64,000 bases of DNA from Vairimorpha necatrix (Eukaryota). The notes under the pieces were generated by a model. It had not been told where the DNA came from. It did not search any database and worked only from the letters and a program-made list of their open reading frames with translations. Positions within the stretch are counted from its first letter, which is position 1. Each line of letters begins with the position of its first letter. The stretch lies in the NCBI GenBank assembly GCA_036630325.1, contig CP142733.1, forward strand, positions 806,001-870,000, read 5' to 3'. The translations under genes and the position numbers were made by a program. Positions 59,850-64,000 of the stretch are shown here, piece by piece.

Positions 59850-62050
59850 CTCCGGATGAGATTCCACCGAGCTATACAAGGTACTACTTAAACCTAGTTT
59901 AGTAGATAAAAAGCTACCTCTGTTCTTAGTGAACGAGTTCAACAGAATACTAACAGGAGACCGCCCTCCTGTTAGCTGGAGTGCTGCTGACATGATTTGC
60001 CTCCATAAAAAAGAGGATGTGTCAGATCTCAACAACTATAGAGGAATTGCGCTAATTAACACAATAAGCAAAATTTACTTAAAAATAGTAAACGACAGAC
60101 TTACACAGTTTGTTGAAGAAAAGAACATTTTTTCATCTTTCCAAGCCGGATTTAGAGCAGGAGAAGAATGTATGAATAAGATCGCAACCTTGCTGGAGGT
60201 GGTTAAAAGAAGAGAATTTCGAAGTCAACAAACATTTCTATGTTTTTTTTACTTTGAAAAAACTTACGACAATGTTAGCCATGATCTACTATTTAATAAG
60301 CTAGAAAGGTATAGTATTCCAAGATATCTTATAAACACTTTGAAAGATATCTATGGAAATACTAAGATGAGAATCCATATAAACGGAGACACAAGTAGTG
60401 GATATCTCTACAAAAAAGGTGTGAGACAAGGGTGCCCCTGTTCTCCTACGCTGTTCAATCTATTCATAAATGATATTTTGGACGGCATAACAGGAGTGAG
60501 CGTTCCTCACTTAAATATAAGCCTGCCTGGACTGATGTTTGCAGATGACATCGTAGTTCTAGGCAATACTCTTGCTGATCTGTAACACAAAGTGTGTCGA
60601 ATCAGTAGATGGGCAGTTGAAAATCGTATGAAGATCAACTGTGACAAAAGTGGTATCTTAGTATGGGATGCCAGTAATATATCCGAGTCTGTAGATGTCG
60701 CTATCAGGACTGACTTTGGAAAAATCGGTGAAGTCGCCGAATACAGGTATTTGGGTGTTCTTATAAAAAGATCTACTTTAGAAGAACACTTAGTAAGAGA
60801 TGGAGCCTTCAGAGGCAAAAAAGCTTTATAAGTCTTGAAACCAAAGCTTCTAAATAAAATAATTAATATAGCTTTTAAAGGTATATTAATAAAAAATGTG
60901 CTATTTCCATCACTAATGTGCGGAAGTGAATTATGGGGGATGTCTAGTATAAGGTCTGGTGGGATCAATAGAATCCTAATAAAAGCGATCCGAATGATAT
61001 TTCGAACAAAAATAGTGCCATTAGATAGGATAATGGACGAACTCTGTATGAATAGAGTTCACATACAGGCGGCCCTAAGTAGATTTAGGGCATTAAGGAA
61101 GTGGAAACACAATAAAACCATTATCTCGGAATTTATTAATTAACCTTCGAGGGAAAAGAAAACAACGTGGAGTTTAAGGACTAGACGTTGGTGTAAGAGA
61201 TATATCGGGAACGATTATGAAAGCATTGCCTACATTATAGGCAAGAACAAGATTTTAGAGGTACTTAAGGCAAGGGGTTCCTACAACACCACCTTAGGTG
61301 CTCTAGTAGCAGATAAGTATGGAATCTGTGACTCGCAGATTAAGCACATACAATCAAAAGTAAACAACAGGCAGATCAGGAATTACACCAGGCTTCGGTG
61401 TAATTTAGTCAGATGGTCTTCTGCTTTGGCTAATGCCAACAAAATCCCTCCTTTTTATAGAACTCATTGTTTCCTATGTGAGGGAGAACGAGAAGACCTT
61501 GAACACTTCTTTTAGACTGTCCGACGCTCTCTAACACAAGATCTCTATATGAGAATTAAATATCTGAGTTGAGATCTTCAATTCAAACAAAAGAGAAGCT
61601 AGTTAAGATGATTATTAGTAACATCAATGGCATCAAAGCTTGTTTTGATAAAAGGAAGTCTCTACTTGTAAGAGTTAAATTCATAGACAAGATGGTTGTA
61701 CAACGATACATTGTTATACGAGAAAGGAAAGGCTTGTAAGCCAGAACAGATCTAGAGAAATCTAGAAGAAAAAAAAACACACTCTTACCTGGGGGAGGTA
61801 TGGCAAGCTGCTGGTGCCGTAGCATTTACGTTAAACTAGTTAGGTTTTTAACTGACGAGTGGGTCAGACGTGTTATTCTCTGAATACCCTGCTGAACGCA
61901 GGTAGGTCACAGACAGGAATGATTGTGGTTCTAATCCTAGTGGGATACTTTTTCTCCTTCGAGCAAGGCCTTTATAGTATGCTGGTTTAATCGCAAGTTA
62001 TTGGCTATTGAAGTTTTTATTTGCTGGGTGGCTTTTCTTTAATAACAATA
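59850..62050 (+). mobile_element. 5'-truncated LINE-type non-LTR retrotransposon (pseudogenised RT)
   Basis: YRGIAL, QAGFR, GVRQGCPCSPTLFN, MFADDI, YRYLG, C-terminal CFLC..EDLEHFF*DC; in-frame stops; TAATAACAATA tail; possible degenerate ~20-bp TSD AAA.TT.T.TAGTTTTTTTT. Confidence 0.88.
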
Positions 62051-62126
62051 AAAGTTTTTTAGTTTTTTTTTTGTTATTACCAATCTTGATATTTTTTTTT
62101 ACATGGTTTCATTTTATATTAATAAT

Positions 62127-62146
62127 GCGGGTTCCAAACGGGCATG
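62127..62146. repeat. Isolated end of the CATG-CCGTTTGGAACCCGC TIR family
   Basis: GCGGGTTCCAAACGGGCATG is the reverse complement of the TIR at 39509 (one mismatch). Confidence 0.65.
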
Positions 62147-62217
62147 CGTCTGCGTTTTTGTTTATATTAATTTTTTTGCAATTAAATGAATACAATTATG
62201 AAGATATTATTAATTTA

Positions 62218-62266
62218 TGTTATATATTCTTATATTTTTGATCCCCAATTATGATAAATAAATACA
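62218..62266 (+). mobile_element. 49-bp 5' LTR of a compact Gypsy element
   Basis: TGT...ACA ends; first 24 and last 11 nt identical to the PPT-adjacent LTR at 45090-45137, with no similarity outside; contains CCCC and AATAAA. Confidence 0.8.
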
Positions 62267-64000
62267 TGGGGGCGATACCGAATCGTGAGTTAACAAGTGT
62301 TGGCTGTAGTCAAGAGGCCAGAAGGTTATTAGAAGAGTTTAAGAGGATTGTTTATGGATTAGTATTGTCTGATTATGATTTTGAGAAAAATGTAAAGAAG
62401 GAGATTTTTGATCTTGGAACTGATGAGTTGAAAGAATTTATGGTTAAGAATATTAAGATTGGAGATCATTGGAAAGTTATGGAAATCAAATTAGAGGAAT
62501 TGGTTAAAGTACAGGAGGAAAAGGATATGAGATTACGGATGATTGAGGAGGTCACAAAGATGGTGGCAGAGGAGATTAGAAATATTAGTAGAGAGGAAAG
62601 AATATTTAAGAAGAGAAGAACAATGAGATGTTATAATTGTTCAAGAATGGGACATAGGAGTCAGATGTGTTATTATAGATATAGAAATGTTAAAAATAAA
62701 GACGAATGTGAGAGTATTAAAGAAGAAGGTAGCAGTAGCTGTGGTGAAAGGACTTATAGGAACACATGGGATGCTAAAAGACAAAAGAAACAAGAATGGA
62801 AGACAAGAAATAAAAGATGTTATGATGAGGTAGAAAAAAACGGTCTAACATTAGAAGACATGAGAAAGAGGTTTAGGAACGTTATAGACAACGAAGAAGA
62901 GAAAATAAGATATTGTAAAATTAAAAAATGCAGAATCAGAACTGAAGAAGGTAAGAAAGTTGTAAGGAAAGGTCAGCAGGTGCCACAAGCGCATAAAGAA
63001 GAGCTGAGAAAATATATTCAGAAGTTAGAGACAAGGAATGTCATAAGAAGATCGACGTCGGAATGGAGAAATCCGATTAAAGCTTTAATTAAGCCAGATG
63101 GAAGTATAAGACTGGTTAGCAATCTCATGGCATTAAATGATTTAGTGGAGAAAGACCCTTATGAATTAGTGAACATTAGAAATATCATAAGGAACACGCA
63201 AGGATCGAAGTTTTTCAGTGTTATAGACCTTAAAGAGGCTTTTTATGGAATCGAAATAGAAGAGCAAGACAAGCATAAGACTGCATTTGAGTATGATAAG
63301 ATAGTATATGAATGGAATAGTATGGTCATGGGGTTTAAAAACTCGCCTCAGATCATGCAGAGAATTATGAATAAGATTTTTGAAAAACATTTGGGTGGTA
63401 AAATAGAAGTATACATGGATGATATAGTGATTCATGCAAAGACTAGAAAAGAACATGATAAATTATTTGTAGAAGCGATGAAATTGTTAGAACGGAATAA
63501 TATGCGGATAAATTCAAAGAAAATTCAGTATTGCCAAAAGGAAGTCAAGTTATTGGGAGTTACATTAAACGGAGATGATATGATGCCGTCTGAAATCAAG
63601 AAAAACGAAGCACTAGAGTTTCCAACGCCGCAGAATGTGTCTGACATAAGAAGATTTTTAGGACTAAGTGGATGGTTTCGAGGATTTATTAAGAATTATG
63701 CGGAGAAGACATTATATATGACTGAAAGTTTGAAAGGTAAAAGTAAAGTATTGAATTGGACTGATGACTTAAATAAAGAATTCGAAAATATGAAGGAAAC
63801 GTTAAGAAGTATGAGTAAGTTGAATATTGTAAACTATGACAAGGAATTTTTATTAAGAACTGACGCGAGCAATATAGGAATGGGCGCAGTACTCATGCAG
63901 AAGAATGATAAAGAAGAGTGGGTGCCAGTACAATGGGCATCGAAGAAATTCACCCCGACGGAAACTAGATATGGTATAAGTGAAAAGGAAATGTATGCCA
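62266..64000 (+). CDS. Single open Gag-RT-RNase H ORF of a compact Gypsy (runs off the window; absent from the ORF track)
   Basis: Hand translation shows no stop: CYNCSRMGHRSQMC knuckle (62629-62670), SEWRNPI, IDLKEAFY, YMDD (63412-63423), RRFLGL, TDASN.GMGAVL, SEKEM. Confidence 0.92.
   Translation, partial: MGAIPNRELTSVGCSQEARRLLEEFKRIVYGLVLSDYDFEKNVKKEIFDLGTDELKEFMVKNIKIGDHWKVMEIKLEELVKVQEEKDMRLRMIEEVTKMVAEEIRNISREERIFKKRRTMRCYNCSRMGHRSQMCYYRYRNVKNKDECESIKEEGSSSCGERTYRNTWDAKRQKKQEWKTRNKRCYDEVEKNGLTLEDMRKRFRNVIDNEEEKIRYCKIKKCRIRTEEGKKVVRKGQQVPQAHKEELRKYIQKLETRNVIRRSTSEWRNPIKALIKPDGSIRLVSNLMALNDLVEKDPYELVNIRNIIRNTQGSKFFSVIDLKEAFYGIEIEEQDKHKTAFEYDKIVYEWNSMVMGFKNSPQIMQRIMNKIFEKHLGGKIEVYMDDIVIHAKTRKEHDKLFVEAMKLLERNNMRINSKKIQYCQKEVKLLGVTLNGDDMMPSEIKKNEALEFPTPQNVSDIRRFLGLSGWFRGFIKNYAEKTLYMTESLKGKSKVLNWTDDLNKEFENMKETLRSMSKLNIVNYDKEFLLRTDASNIGMGAVLMQKNDKEEWVPVQWASKKFTPTETRYGISEKEMYA

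Noticed and set aside
63166-63456. 96-aa minus ORF
   Set aside because: Antisense to the Gypsy RT.

Overview
Very AT-rich eukaryotic DNA, most likely from a large-genome microsporidian. This is inferred from intronless, reduced fungal-type genes and a CCC motif just upstream of most start codons. One compact housekeeping island (~8.8-14.1 kb) holds a TPR/Sgt2-like gene, endonuclease III, a tiny DASH Dad1-like gene and an amino-acid transporter. It sits among lineage-specific secreted/membrane gene families and many transposons: Ty3/Gypsy elements, an intact Merlin (8-bp TSD), a dead Tc1/IS630-like element, MITEs, a 5'-truncated LINE and six fragments of an RLE-type non-LTR element. Most notable: (1) a Gypsy lineage seen three times with only 36-49-bp LTRs, a start codon made from the LTR end itself (CA|TGG) in both available 5' ends, a ~135-aa Gag and no visible protease; (2) a ~785-bp tRNA-headed SINE with poly(A) tail and 15-bp TSD, in three copies; (3) a Merlin whose TIRs include the transposase start; (4) a type I membrane protein packed with N-glycosylation sequons. 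All calls are by eye; no database searches were run.
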